64,000 bases of DNA, taken from NCBI GenBank assembly GCA_950097015.1, contig CATNEN010000008.1, forward strand, positions 1,426,001 to 1,490,000. Direction: 5' to 3'. The notes below the pieces were generated by a model. It was given only the letters and a program-made list of their open reading frames with translations, had not been told where the DNA came from and did not search any database. Of this stretch, positions 13,460-26,600 are shown one piece after another (the first letter of the stretch is position 1; each line of letters starts with the position of its first letter). The position numbers and the translations under genes are program-made. This stretch comes from Macrostomum hystrix (lineage: Eukaryota > Animalia > Platyhelminthes).

Positions 13460-14890
13460 TGCCTCTTCTCTCCTTTCCTCTTCTCTACCTTCCTCTTCTC
13501 TACCTTCATCTTCTCTCCCTTCCTCTTCTCTTCCTTCCTCTTCTCTCCCTTCCTTTTCTTACCCTTCCTCTTCTCTCCCTTCCTCTTCTCTCCCTTCCTC
13601 TTCTCTCCCTTCATCTTCTCTCCCTTCCTCTTCTCTCCCTTCCCCTTCTCTCCCTTCCTCTTCTCTTCCTTCCTCTTCTCTCCCTTGCTCTTCTCTCCCT
13701 TCATCTTCTCTCCCTTCCTCTTCTCTCCCTTGCTCTTCTCTCCCTTGCTCTTCTCTCCCTTCCTCTTCTCTCCCTTCCTCTTCTCTCCCTTGCTCTTCTC
13801 TCCCTTGCTCTTCTCTCCCTTGCTCTTCTCTCCCTTCCTCTTCTCTCCCTTCATCTTCTCTCCCTTCCTCTTCTGTCCCTTCCTCTTCTCTCCCTTCATC
13901 TTCTCTCCCTTGCTCTTCTCTCCCTTCATCTTCTCTCCCTTCCTCTTCTCTCCCTTGCTCTTCTCTCCCTTGCTCTTCTCTCCCTTGCTCTTCTCTCCCT
14001 TGCTCTTCTCTCCCTTCCTCTTCTCTCCCTTCATCTTCTCTCCCTTCCTCTTCTGTCCCTTCCTCTTCTCTCCCTTCCTCTTCTCTCCCTTCCTCTTCTC
14101 TCCCTTCCTCTTCTCTCCCTTCCTCTTCTCTCCCTTCCTCTTCTCTCCCTTCCTCTTCTCTTCCTTCCTCTTCTCTTCCTTCCTCTTCTCTCCCTTCCTT
14201 TTCTTACCCTTCCTCTTCTCTCCCTTCCTCTTCTCTCCCTTCCTCTTCTCTCCCTTCATCTTCTCTCCCTTCCTCTTCTCTCCCTTCCCCTTCTCTCCCT
14301 TCCTCTTCTCTTCCTTCCTCTTCTCTCCCTTGCTCTTCTCTCCCTTCATCTTCTCTCCCTTCCTCTTCTCTCCCTTGCTCTTCTCTCCCTTGCTCTTCTC
14401 TCCCTTGCTCTTCTCTCCCTTCCTCTTCTCTCCCTTCCTCTTCTCTCCCTTGCTCTTCTCTCCCTTGCTCTTCTCTCCCTTGCTCTTCTCTCCCTTCCTC
14501 TTCTCTCCCTTCATCTTCTCTCCCTTCCTCTTCTGTCCCTTCCTCTTCTCTCCCTTCATCTTCTCTCCCTTGCTCTTCTCTCCCTTCATCTTCTCTCCCT
14601 TCCTCTTCTCTCCCTTGCTCTTCTCTCCCTTGCTCTTCTCTCCCTTGCTCTTCTCTCCCTTGCTCTTCTCTCCCTTCCTCTTCTCTCCCTTCATCTTCTC
14701 TCCCTTCCTCTTCTGTCCCTTCCTCTTCTCTCCCTTCCTCTTCTCTCCCTTCCTCTTCTCTCCCTTCCTCTTCTCTCCCTTCCTCTTCTCTCCCTTCCTC
14801 TTCTCTCCCTTCCTCTTCTCTCCCTTCCTCTTCTCTCCCTTCCTCTTCTCTCCCTTCCTCTTCTCTCCCTTCCTCTTCTCTTCCTTCCTC
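13460..14890. repeat. Polypyrimidine minisatellite, 15-nt unit CTTCTCTCCCTTCCT, with a 645-bp higher-order duplication
   Basis: 5-aa periodicity; the rare variant TCCTTTTCTTACCCT recurs at 13551 and 14196 (645 = 43 x 15). Confidence 0.95.
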
Positions 14891-15677
14891 TCTTCACACA
14901 TCATTCTGCTCTCCTTCACTCTACTTTTGCGATAAGACCTCTTTTCCCTTTCTCATCCACTCCATAATGGCCATCTAGTATTCTATAACCTGTTGAAGAA
15001 TGCCAGTGACAATTTCAATGCTCAGCTCTGACCGCACAAGACTAGTAGGCATATCGCGTTACAGATCAAGCTGCATGGTGGGAAGTCTACTACTGGTACG
15101 GAATATAGTCGACGCAATCTACGTAATAGAGTCCACTCTCTTATCGCTCACATTTATCCCATTTATCCCACTTCTCGCTGGCAATCGAAATATTCCAACA
15201 GTCTAACAGTTCGCTTACAGTTGACAAATATTGCGCATCTAACAGTTAATCTAACTCTAATGTCCATCATACGGCTATGCAAGTGTGTTTGTTAGATTTC
15301 AACATGTCGATTGCACAAGCCAAACTTGTCTTATTTATCTATACTCTTAATGCATATAGGCTGATAGTCGGGCCATTGCAAAATCATTCTGAAATAACTG
15401 AATGACCTCATGACTGATTATGCCAGTTAATCCAAGATTTAATCACAATTTTAGAAATTCAAAATGCAAATTAACGACACTATGAAATTTATTTTTGGCA
15501 GATAATCTGTACTCTTGTTACTTTGCCAATTTGACTGTCAACTTTATTGTTGTTTGAGTAGTTTAACAACTTGATGACACACGTTTTCAACTAGAATATG
15601 ATAGATATAACAAATTTAGTAGTGGGGCTTTCAATGGTGCAAATGTGTGTGTCAAAGTGCTAAGTTAAAGTGCATAT

Positions 15678-15683
15678 TTTATT
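15678..15683 (-). promoter_or_regulatory. Candidate polyadenylation signal AATAAA of PLK4
   Basis: TTTATT on the plus strand, ~140 nt past the PLK4 stop codon. Confidence 0.45.
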
Positions 15684-15824
15684 ACAGTGCCATTTATATA
15701 GATTTTTAGCTCTACAAAACTATTGGCGCGTCTGATATGCGAGCAAAAGTACAAAACGCGAACTAACTGTACACGGAATGCAGGCAGGGGGGTCGGAGGG
15801 TCGGAGGTCAGGGGCTCCGATTTA

Positions 15825-16087
15825 TCAAGCTCGAAGGCAGGCGGGCCTCGGGCGCGGATTGCCTGGCAACAGCAGGCCCAGACGGCGTTGAATCTCCGCT
15901 GGCAGCGGCGTGTCCGCCAGGCGCTGCCTCTCGGTGGACTCCAGCCGCTGTCTATGGCCGAAAGGGTCGGTGTAGTCCAGGGAGCATAGCTGCTCAAGGG
16001 AGTCCTGGCGAATCTCTAGCAGACTGCCATCGCTGAACAGGACGCGAGTGTCGCTGTCGCTTAGCTGTTGAACATCGGCCACCTGGA

Positions 16088-16125
<38 letters not shown>

Positions 16126-16256
16126 GTTAGCGATGAGCAGGTCGAGAGTTCGACTCCGTCGGATGGAGCACGACCGATGGTAGCGGGGAAGCATGAGCTG
16201 CCGGGTAGCGACATGCTGGCCAAAAGTGATTCAATGCGGCGCGCCTGCTTGTAAGT
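15825..16256 (-). CDS. PLK4: PLK4 exon 8: end of PB2, polyQ, PB3, stop
   Basis: Acceptor CTGCAG at 16257; phase 0; TGA at 15825-15827. Confidence 0.85.
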
Positions 16257-19200
16257 CTGCAGGCGTAACAAAATGCGAGAATCGTTGTTGAGGCTTGAGC
16301 CAGTTTTTAATTCGACTCGGTTCAGTCCACTGAACAAGTTCATAATTCCTCTCTCATTATTATCAACATTTATCCCTAAGCTATTTTCAAGTCTCAACAA
16401 CAATCTGAGCCCGCCACGCGCTCGAAAGGATTTTGGGATTTCAGTTCGGAATTTGACGTGTAGGAATCGACGAATACTAGGGCGCCCCTAATGAGGATGG
16501 GGATATTTATTAGAAGGGAAATATTTAGAGCGGCGTCGGCGAGGAAGATAAAGTGGCCGGGTCAGGGATATTGTCCCACACACACACACACACTGGACAC
16601 CCGCTCGGCAACTAATTAAGCGCCGGCTAGCCGGGCTCATATATTACCCACCAGAGTGGCCAGGGTCCAGTTAGCAACAGAGAGCTCAGGCACGCCCACC
16701 TGAGGGACCCGTGGTTGAGTCCACATAATATTTTGGGTGGCGCGGGGGGTGACCTATGGCCATGCCCAGCTTCGCCCACCAGCTGTGACACAGAAAACTC
16801 TCCTGACCACACTCAGCTATTCATTATTAGCCCCATTCTCCGACTGAGTCCGTACTCAGTCTCAAAACCCGTTTAATTAGCATTTTGTTGGCAATTATTC
16901 CGCCGGGAGCGTGGAAGCGAACGAAGGCAGGGCTAACTAGCTAACATTGTTGATATGCGGCCTGTACTAGATGGGAAATAAAAAGGTGACATAGCCAGAG
17001 GGAGAAATATCCCAAATCACTATGGGAGATTTAAAATGCTTATGCGTAACAAATGTCGTAATTACCTCATTAACATAATGCACAATGTCGGCCTGGTCGC
17101 GGGTCAGGACTCCCAACTCGACTGTCTCGCCGTCTACAGTCACTCGTGCGCCGCCGTTGCGTCTGGCCGCACGACGACCGTCGTAGAAGTACACAGCGAA
17201 GTCCGGCTCCGGGACGGAGTTCTCAAACAGGACGCAGCGAGCCCTGTCGGTGTGCAGCACCAGCTTGGCAGTATTGCTGCGCAGGATGCCGACAAACGCG
17301 TCGGCCAGCTGGTACAGTCGGGCCGCCGAGTCCGACAGCTCCGGGAAGACAAATCGTTCAGCCGAGGACCAGTCGAATTCAGCTGGCGTTGGCTGCTGGT
17401 CCTGCTGATTGTCGCTTAGCAATGCCACCTGGCGACCATCGGGCTCGATTTTCAGCACCCGCCGAGGCGCCAGTGACTTGCCGCCGACTTTGAACTGTTC
17501 AACAGTCAGGGAACCGTCAGGGGCGAGGTTGAACACGGTCGGACCTTTGACAACTCGGCACGGCTCCAGGCGAACTGTGCAGAGCGGAGTCTGCGGCATT
17601 CGGCGAAGTCGCTGAGAGCCGACGGACGAGGCCTGGTTGGAGGCGCAGGATTGGGGTTCATCAGCGAGCTGCTGCTGCTGCTGTTGGTTCTGCAGCCTCT
17701 GTCGCTCCTGCCGAATGTAATCCTCGTCGTCCACGGTGTCCAGAGGAAGGTGAGGATGAGGGAATCGCTGAGCCGTCAGCTGGCCAGATGGGCTGCCCTC
17801 CGAATGGACAGCGCTGGAGTAGCCTTCGCTGTGTCGAGAGTCGCTGCCAGCAGCTGCTGCTGCTGTTGAAGCGGTCTGCCGACCGTCTGAGTGGCATCTG
17901 CGCAGAGAACTGATGAAGTGCTGCTGCGGCTGCTGACGGCCTGTGATCGCCGCGGCGCGCTTCGAAGCCTTCAGGTGCGGAGTGGAGGCTCCCGGCTGCT
18001 GCTGCTTCTGCTGGCGCTGATGCGGCAAGGGCTGCAGCTGCGGCTGGCGGGGCTGAGACTGCCGCGACAGAGACAGGGACGCGGCGGACAGCGGCGAGGA
18101 AGCGTCGGCATCAGCGGTGGCAGCGGCCGAGCCTGGAATAGGCGTGGAGGCAGCCAAGCAGTGCGACCCGGCGCTCTGAACGCTGTCGTTGCCGGAGTCG
18201 TTGCTTGCGCTTCGCTCCTGCAAAATCGAACAGAGTCGTGATGGCATCGTGTTATTCTTGTTTTAGAAACTTCAAAGTGATGCGACAGATTCGCGATATT
18301 GTTGCAATTTCTAATAACTGGCTGCGCTTGACAGGCTAGGAAAATTGGTCATTGTGCGGGGCAGCCTGCAATCATAGCTGGTCTATTGTTTCATTCTTGA
18401 GTTTTGGCCACTCAACAAGTTGCTCAGCAACCAGATTTTAGTTTTTGGTAGCAAAATTATCTGAGAGCAAGTGAGAAATGGGCTGTTTTGGGAACTGACC
18501 CTGGCCTATTGCCCGGAGTCCATCTGTTCCACACAATGGGCTGCCTATCTGTCTCACGCAAGGCCTACTTGATTGTGCATTAATAGTTCTCGAGCTATTG
18601 TGAATGGCAGGACGGCGAAGTAACAGGTAGAGATGAACGGTAGATATGTAGGTATGGAAACCGAAAGTATATTAGCTCGAGATGAGTGCTCTGGGGACGA
18701 CTCGAAAATTAGAAATGGAAGTTTAATTTCGTCCCATCGTCGAACTGACGACATCCGGCTCACACTCGAGACCACTTCAAAGTGGTTTTGCGCGCGGCTT
18801 AAAAAGCCACGGAAATTCTTGCCAGCTTCCTCGGAGAAGTGATGAAGAATTGAGGAATTTTGCTTGGCGTAGCATTTGGGAGAATTGAAGCCCTGTGTGT
18901 AAATCTCCCATAAAATTTTCCCTTATCGCAGTTGCTATGTTGACCAGTTGGCCGGGCGGGGGAGACCCTGTCCTGTCAGGCAGTTGCGGCTTATTCGATA
19001 AGGCGTGTGGGACAGCCATTTGTGGATAATAAATATTTACTGGGACGGCTGGGGAGTCGGGTTTGAGATGGGAATAAAATGGGGATCGCAATCTCGCCTG
19101 CTCAAAGCCTCAGCCATGGGGGTTGCGCAATAAGTTGGTCACTTTTTGTTAGCTCAGGAATTCTAGAGCGGGGGGGCCATCGCAACAGCCTTTTAGATTA

Positions 19201-22200
19201 CAAAACCTCCCCTTATCCCCTTATCCCCACGCCATAGATACAGCCAAAGTCGAATCAGTCATTCAATATGACTGATATGGCGACATGGATAGCCCGGGCC
19301 CTACAACCACCTGTCAGTTGATGACCAGTGCTCAGACTCACGTGTGCCTTCCTCATGAACGGATGATCCACAACCTGGGCCAGTGTCAGGCGCTCCTTCG
19401 GCCTCTCTCGGAGCAGCTTGGCGATGAGGTCGATGGCTTCGGGGCGCAGGCTGCCAGGTATATCGTACTTCAGCCGGCGGGCATTGTCGATGGTGGACTT
19501 GGGGTCCTTGGTGTCGAACGGAGCCTTGCCGACTAGCATTGTGTAGAGCATCACGCCGAGGGACCATACATCAACCTCTGGGCCCTGGACTCCCTGGCTG
19601 CTGACCTCACTGGCGAATGGGGCGAAGGTGTTGAAGCGATGTTGAATTCTCTGGCCAGACAAGACGAAATAGATCATAAATCTCAAATCTAAATATGAGA
19701 ACATTTTTATTGTTTGAGTATTTTTTCTCTCAATCTGGCACTCCACCCTGTCAGTCAGTGAACCGAGTCAACTGTGTCCGGATCTGCATCAGGGATTTTT
19801 ATTTGTCCTGTCTGTGGCATGTGTGGGATCAATTTGCTGTTCAGATCAGGAAGTGCGCAACCCCTATTTTGCCCGGATCTTAGCTGTGGGAGCACACTTT
19901 AAGAAGCAGCCAAGCGTTTCCCAAAAAGTATTTCCTGTCCTCGACTTCTGTGGGCCGGCGTGGCGCAATGCGCATCCTGTTCCTCTGGTCTTTGTTCTGA
20001 GAAATTCTAAAGTGAAGTTTCTGCACACAGTTTGCCCTGGGGGGGAGGGAGATAGGTCAAGCATGGCAGGTTCAACTATTTAGGAGAATTAAAAGTCATC
20101 TTTGAAATCTGTTTGACAGGTTTTAACACCTTCGAGTTGCTCGCTAATCTCTGAATGTTGTCCCTCTGTTCAGTCGATAGTAAAAAGGAACAGCATTGTA
20201 ACGCTTTCTCATTCGTATACTTGATCGATTTTTTCTGCCTGAGTTGCTCAAACCGGTTTGAGCAGTCAAGGGCGATCAGGTTGAAAATGACCAATTTCTC
20301 AGCTAGCAATGTAGCTGTTCTGTTTTGGGATGTAAGACAAATTACCTGTCTTGGATTTGACAATCGACTGACATTGCTATCAAAGCAAGATTCTATTCCT
20401 AATTAGCATACAATTAGCATACACAGGTCAAGCACTCACGGTGAGATGTAGTTGGGTGTGCCGCACATGGTCTTGTTGGTCCGATCCTCTGATAGCTCAG
20501 CAGCTAGGCCAAAGTCGGAAATTTTCTGCAGATAAGCATCGACAAGCACATCAACTTGTTGTTTTTGTTTTTAAGAGTACAAATCAATGATTACACACAA
20601 TGAAATCTCAACTAACCACTTTGAAGTCTTCAGTCAAAAGCAGATTTGCCAGGGTCAGATCCCGGTGAATAATGTTGTTCTGGTGAAGATGGCGCAGACC
20701 CGACACAATCTGCTTCAGGAAGTAGCGAACTGAAAATTTCACAATTGATTATTGCTGTTTTGATCTGAGACTACACCAATAATAATTACAATTTGCTCAC
20801 AATTTGTCTTACGACAATCACCCCGCACGACTATACAATATTTGAGCACACACTTACCTTTGTCCTCACTGAGACATCCGTTTCTTCTCACATAATCGTG
20901 CAGGTTGCCCCCCTTGCAAAGCTCCAGCACCAGGTAAACATTGGTTGTATCCTCAAAGTAGGAGTACAGCTGCAAATGCATGGAGCAGAGGCTGAGAATT
21001 AGTAACTGAGAGGCGGGCACATTTCAAGCCATCCGGTGTCATCATCTCTCTGGCTTTGAAGCATGAGGTCTGCTTGACCGCTCACTGGTTAACAAGCGGC
21101 CCCACTCGAAAAGCATTCCAAGCAATGCGAAAGACAGCGACAGACAATTAGGATATTGTGAAAGAGCAGATGCAGTCTAAAGTGTTGCTTAATTGTGTTG
21201 TGCCTATATCATTGAACCAAAAAATGCTTTGATTAATTTAATAAATTTTAGTTCATCTTCTTACAGTTGGTTTGAGCATTTTAGGGTGTCAATTGGGCTC
21301 TGTGATATCTCCAACCCCCCCCCACTAAACACCTGGACACTGGATGACAACTGGATAGCGGCTAGGTCACTGACCGCTTATTTTGCTAAGCAAATAAAGC
21401 CCATTCATTCACCTTGGTTTACTGAAATACAACTAGACCCCACTTCAGCTTATACAGCAAAGAAATTTTTGTTTAACTTTTAGCTTCTAGATATAGGAAA
21501 GAGATTTTACCTGCGTTCAATAATCTCTTCTCTATATAGCTACCTTGGTTTAAGGAGAGCAAAGTCGACGTACACTTGTGTTCTCTCTCTCTCTCTCTCT
21601 TCGTGTCTTTCATGCGTATGTACAGCTAGCAGCTGTACAGAAAATAACCCACCGTAACTCTAAGCTGCTTTGAAGGTGAGTAAGCACTGGGGGAGAGAGA
21701 GAGAATTAAGCCTATAGCGAGAATGACACACGCTGTAACCTGAGTACCACCCAGCTATCGGAGCTGCAAAAGCAGTTTTATTTATCTAAAGACACGACAA
21801 GACCAGCTTGTGAATCTAAATGTGCCTGTGAGAAATGAATCATGCGCACATTCTATAATACTGTGCCATATAGTAAAAGCAGAACTTACCTGGAGAACAA
21901 ACGGATGCTTTAGACGCTGATGAATGCTGATCTCGCTGATCACACGGCTAGTCATGTTTCTCTGGTGAACCTTTCGCTTGTCCAACTATGGTGCATGGGA
22001 TGTGTTTGAGCATTCATTTAGTATATGAGGACATTGTTATTGTCTGTTTGTTTACTTATTTCTTAAAATTAAAAATGCAACAATGTCCTAAGGAACAATG
22101 ACCAGTCAAAATTTTAGTGACAATTTTCTGTTGACTTTTTAATAATCGCCCAATGGTTAGTTAGTGACACGGATCTGTCAAGCTATACTAAAGACCCGTT

Positions 22201-23148
22201 GCAGTTTTAAACAATGCATAGTGACGCAATTTATACAAATATATGCAGGCAAAATTTTGAATTTAAAACTTTTCAAAACACATTCAACCAGTGACAACTG
22301 GCACCACCAATGTTGATCTTCCTGTCAAAGCAGATTTCACAACAGTAGAAGAAGAAGACTTCACTGATCACTTTTGGTCACTTTCCAAACCCATTTTATG
22401 CTTGTACAATGAGTTGGGATTTCGACTTGACTATTTGCTGACCAACACGCACGAACCAACGTGCATTTTTTGGGATTTGAAATGAATTTTCTCTCTCTGA
22501 ATCACGTTTCGTCCAGTCCACCCGTAAAGATAAATCGTAGAGATGTTGGACATTGGTCAGTTCTGCTCATCAATGCTCACAACAAACTGCGGGCCCAGAG
22601 AGACTAGATGCCTTTCAAAGATTAGGACAGGATTGACAGGACACAGTTGCCATCTAGATAAGGCCAGCATCGGCCATAGTATTAGGTTTTAGGGAAGCTT
22701 GGCAATCAAGCATGCTCAGTGATGTTTTCAGGCGTGGCGTGTTCGGCGCGGCCCGTGGGCGGAGCCGATTTGAACCTCAGATGTCACTGCACGACTGCGC
22801 TAAGTTACTAGCTAAGCCTATAACTGCCCATTTTCCACCGGTCATAGTCCCCAGATTCATTCACCGCCTCTTCGACCTACCTCTTCATCTGCCTCTCCTA
22901 TCTACTTCTCAATCTACTTCTCTGCTACCTCCTGCAAGCTGCAGTCAAATTTTGCTCACCACTTTGATGGCCACAGATTTGCCAGTTCGCTTGCAGGTGG
23001 CCAGGTAGACTCGACCGAATCCGCCTTCGCCCAGGTGGCTGCCAAACTCGTAGTCTTCAGCAGACAAGCCCAGCTGGTCGCAGTTGAACGACTCCGAAGC
23101 GGCTGTCGCTGCCGCCGCCGACGCCTCCTCCGACAAGTTCGCAGACAT
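15825..23148 (-). CDS. PLK4: Polo-like kinase 4 (SAK), 8 coding exons, 815 aa: 23148-22960, 21985-21890, 20969-20858, 20729-20617, 20525-20440, 19609-19342, 18217-17066, 16256-15825
   Basis: All 7 introns are GT-AG with matching phases (0,0,1,0,2,0,0); CDS 2448 nt. Kinase motifs [25 protein letters not shown] (PLK4-type HRDLT), [31 protein letters not shown] degron. Cryptic polo box ([18 protein letters not shown]...CVLFENS...DFAVYFYDG; [10 protein letters not shown]) and PB3-like end (VLFSDGSLL...LDYTDPFG...LPAEIQRRL). Confidence 0.93.
17066..18217 (-). CDS. PLK4: PLK4 exon 7: degron, linker, cryptic polo box PB1-PB2
   Basis: Acceptor TTTTGCAG; donor GAG|GTAATT; 384 codons inside ORF 16967..18247. 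Confidence 0.88.
19342..19609 (-). CDS. PLK4: PLK4 exon 6: kinase C-lobe ([19 protein letters not shown])
   Basis: Acceptor CGCCAG; donor CAC|GTGAGT. Confidence 0.92.
20440..20525 (-). CDS. PLK4: PLK4 exon 5: KISDFGLA...[11 protein letters not shown]
   Basis: Acceptor CTGCAG; donor CC|GTGAGT; too short to appear in the ORF track. Confidence 0.92.
20617..20729 (-). CDS. PLK4: PLK4 exon 4: catalytic loop [13 protein letters not shown]
   Basis: Acceptor TTTTCAG; donor GTG|GTTAGT. Confidence 0.92.
20858..20969 (-). CDS. PLK4: PLK4 exon 3: [18 protein letters not shown]
   Basis: Acceptor TTTGCAG; donor G|GTAAGT. Confidence 0.92.
21890..21985 (-). CDS. PLK4: PLK4 exon 2: LDKRKV...[15 protein letters not shown]
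   Basis: Acceptor CCATAG; donor CAG|GTAAGT. Confidence 0.92.
22960..23148 (-). CDS. PLK4: PLK4 exon 1: start, Gly-rich loop, VAIK
   Basis: ATG at 23148; donor GTG|GTGAGC. Confidence 0.9.
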
Positions 23149-23377
23149 GTTTCTACAACTGAAGTTCTACTTTGACGATTCGAAACAAACAAGCGAAACT
23201 GAAATACAGTTTCTCTTTGCGCTTCTAGGGGAAAAGAAAAATAGGAGATTAAAATTTGCTTAGAGATTGCATTTGACTCTCTGTGCTCCGAAAAGCTTTG
23301 ATGTTGCTCGCGCACTACGGGGAAAGCAAATTAAAAAGGAGAGAAGCTTGCTGTGAGGGCTAGTTATGAGAGAGAAC

Positions 23378-23475
23378 AGGGCGGGACTGTGCACCGGCTC
23401 TCATATCCTTCGCCGCTGCCCCACCCGCCCCCGCCCCAACTGATTCCTATTGGTCGGCCTCTGGGCCAATGAGAT
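23378..23475 (-). promoter_or_regulatory. Candidate PLK4 core promoter: GC boxes plus two CCAAT boxes
   Basis: GGGCGG at ~23380, CCCGCCC repeats at 23424-23437, ATTGG at 23449, CCAAT at 23466. Motif match only; no TSS evidence. Confidence 0.4.
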
Positions 23476-23691
23476 TAAGCTTGGTGCGCCTAGATTGCCT
23501 TTGCAAGTGTCTGGCTCCCCACTCTCTCTCCCAATTATCCGCCCGCTGGTTGCTAGGGGATACGACAGAAAATGTAGACCAAGGGGCTTGGCTAGAGTTG
23601 ACTCTAACGTACTCACCAAGTGTACATTCACTTTACATATATTTGATGCACTTCAAAGAACTAGTACTTCAGCCAAATAAGAACGCCTAAC

Positions 23692-26600
23692 AATTGAGTC
23701 AGGGTCAGAATTGAGTCAGGGTCAGAATTGAGTCAGGGTTAGAATTGAGTCAGGGTCAGAATTGAGTCAGGGTCAGAATTGAGTCAGGATTAGAATTGAG
23801 TCAGGGTCAGAATTGAGTCAGGATTAGAATTGAGTCAAGGTCAGAATTGAGTCAGGATTAGAATTGAGTCAGGATTAGAATTGAGTCAGGATTAGAATTG
23901 AGTCAGGGTCAGAATTGAGTCAGGGTCAGAATTGAGTCAGGGTCAGAATTGAGTCAGGGTCAGAATTGAGTCAGGATTAGAATTGAGTCAGGATTAGAAT
24001 TGAGTCAGGGTCAGAATTGAGTCAGGGTCAGAATTGAGTCAGGGTCAGAATTGAGTCAGGATTAGAATTGAGTCAGGGTCAGAATTGAGTCAAGCTCAGA
24101 TTTGAGTCAGGGTCAGATTTGAGTCAGGGTCAGAATTGAGTCAGGATTAGAATTGAGTCAAGGTCAGAATTGAGTCAGGATTAGAATTGAGTCAGGATTA
24201 GAATTGAGTCAGGATTAGAATTGAGTCAGGATTAGAATTGAGTCAGGCTCAGAATTGAGTCAGGGTCAGAATTGAGTCAAGGTCAGAATTGAGTCAGGGT
24301 TAGAATTAAGTCAGGGTCAGAATTGAGTCAGGGTCAGAATTGAGTCAGGATTAGAATTGAGTCAGGGTCAGAATTGAGTCAGGATTAGAATTGAGTCAAG
24401 GTCAGAATTGAGTCAGGATTAGAATTGAGTCAGGATTAGAATTGAGTCAGGATTAGAATTGAGTCAGGGTCAGAATTGAGTCAGGGTCAGAATTGAGTCA
24501 GGGTCAGAATTGAGTCAGGGTCAGAATTGAGTCAGGATTAGAATTGAGTCAGGATTAGAATTGAGTCAGGGTCAGAATTGAGTCAGGGTCAGAATTGAGT
24601 CAGGGTCAGAATTGAGTCAGGGTCAGAATTGAGTCAGGGTTAGAATTGAGTCAGGGTCAGAATTGAGTCAAGCTCAGATTTGAGTCAGGGTCAGATTTGA
24701 GTCAGGGTCAGAATTGAGTCAGGATTAGAATTGAGTCAAGGTCAGAATTGAGTCAGGATTAGAATTGAGTCAGGGTCAGATTTGAGTCAGGGTCAGAATT
24801 GAGTCAGGATTAGAATTGAGTCAGGCTCAGAATTGAGTCAGGGTCAGAATTGAGTCAAGGTCAGAATTGAGTCAGGATTAGAATTGAGTCAAGGTCAGAA
24901 TTGAGTCAGGATTAGAATTGAGTCAGGGTCAGAATTGAGTCAAGGTCAGAATTGAGTCAGGATTAGAATTGAGTCAAGGTCAGAATTGAGTCAGGATTAG
25001 AATTGAGTCAGGGTCAGAATTGAGTCAGGATTAGAATTGAGTCAGGATTAGAATTGAGTCAGGATTAGAATTGAGTCAGGCTCAGAATTGAGTCAGGATT
25101 AGAATTGAGTCAGGCTCAGAATTGAGTCAGGATTAGAATTGAGTCAGGATTAGAATTGAGTCAGGATTAGAATTGAGTCAGGATTAGAATTGAGTCAGGC
25201 TCAGAATTGAGTCAGGATTAGAATTGAGTCAGGCTCAGAATTGAGCCAAGGTCAGAATTGAGTCAGGATTAGAATTGAGTCAGGATTAGAATTGAGTCAG
25301 GATTAGAATTGAGTCAGGATTAGAATTGAGTCAGGATTAGAATTGAGTCAGGATTAGAATTGAGTCAGGGTCAGAATTGAGTCAGGGTCAGAATTGAGTC
25401 AGGGTCAGAATTGAGTCAGGGTCAGAATTGAGTCAGGGTTAGAATTGAGTCAGGGTCAGAATTGAGTCAAGCTCAGATTTGAGTCAGGGTCAGATTTAAG
25501 TCAGGGTCAGAATTGAGTCAGGATTAGAATTGAGTCAAGGTCAGAATTGAGTCAGGATTAGAATTGAGTCAGGGTCAGATTTGAGTCAGGGTCAGAATTG
25601 AGTCAGGATTAGAATTGAGTCAGGCTCAGAATTGAGTCAGGGTCAGAATTGAGTCAAGGTCAGAATTGAGTCAGGATTAGAATTGAGTCAAGGTCAGAAT
25701 TGAGTCAGGATTAGAATTGAGTCAGGGTCAGAATTGAGTCAAGGTCAGAATTGAGTCAGGATTAGAATTGAGTCAAGGTCAGAATTGAGTCAGGATTAGA
25801 ATTGAGTCAGGGTCAGAATTGAGTCAGGATTAGAATTGAGTCAGGATTAGAATTGAGTCAGGATTAGAATTGAGTCAGGCTCAGAATTGAGTCAGGATTA
25901 GAATTGAGTCAGGCTCAGAATTGAGTCAGGATTAGAATTGAGTCAGGATTAGAATTGAGTCAGGATTAGAATTGAGTCAGGGTCAGAATTGAGTCAGGAT
26001 TAGAATTGAGTCAGGATTAGAATTGAGTCAGGATTAGAATTGAGTCAGGCTCAGAATTGAGTCAGGATTAGAATTGAGTCAGGCTCAGAATTGAGTCAGG
26101 ATTAGAATTGAGTCAGGATTAGAATTGAGTCAGGATTAGAATTGAGTCAGGATTAGAATTGAGTCAGGCTCAGAATTGAGTCAGGATTAGAATTGAGTCA
26201 GGCTCAGAATTGAGCCAAGGTCAGAATTGAGTCAGGATTAGAATTGAGTCAGGATTAGAATTGAGTCAGGATTAGAATTGAGTCAGGATTAGAATTGAGT
26301 CAAGGTCAATTGACTCAAGGTCAATTGATTAGAATTGAGTCAGGATTAGAATTGAGTCAGGATTAGAATTGAGTCAGGATTAGAATTGAGTCAAGGTCAG
26401 AATTGAGTCAGGGTCAGAATTGAGTCAGGGTCAGAATTGAGTCAGGGTCAGAATTGAGTCAGGGTCAGAATTGAGTCAGGATTAGAATTGAGTCAGGGTC
26501 AGAATTGAGTCAGGATTAGAATTGAGTCAAGGTCAGAATTGAGTCAGGATTAGAATTGAGTCAGGGTCAGAATTGAGTCAGGGTCAGAATTGAGTCAGGG

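Noticed and set aside
13362-14978. Three 500+ aa ORFs (Ser/Pro-, Lys/Glu- and Phe/Leu-rich)
   Set aside because: Translations of a stop-free 15-nt CT repeat; no splice or homology support.
17036-18241. Plus-strand ORFs overlapping PLK4 exon 7 and minus-strand ORFs overlapping the TRP gene
   Set aside because: Antisense shadows of GC-rich coding sequence with no recognisable motifs.
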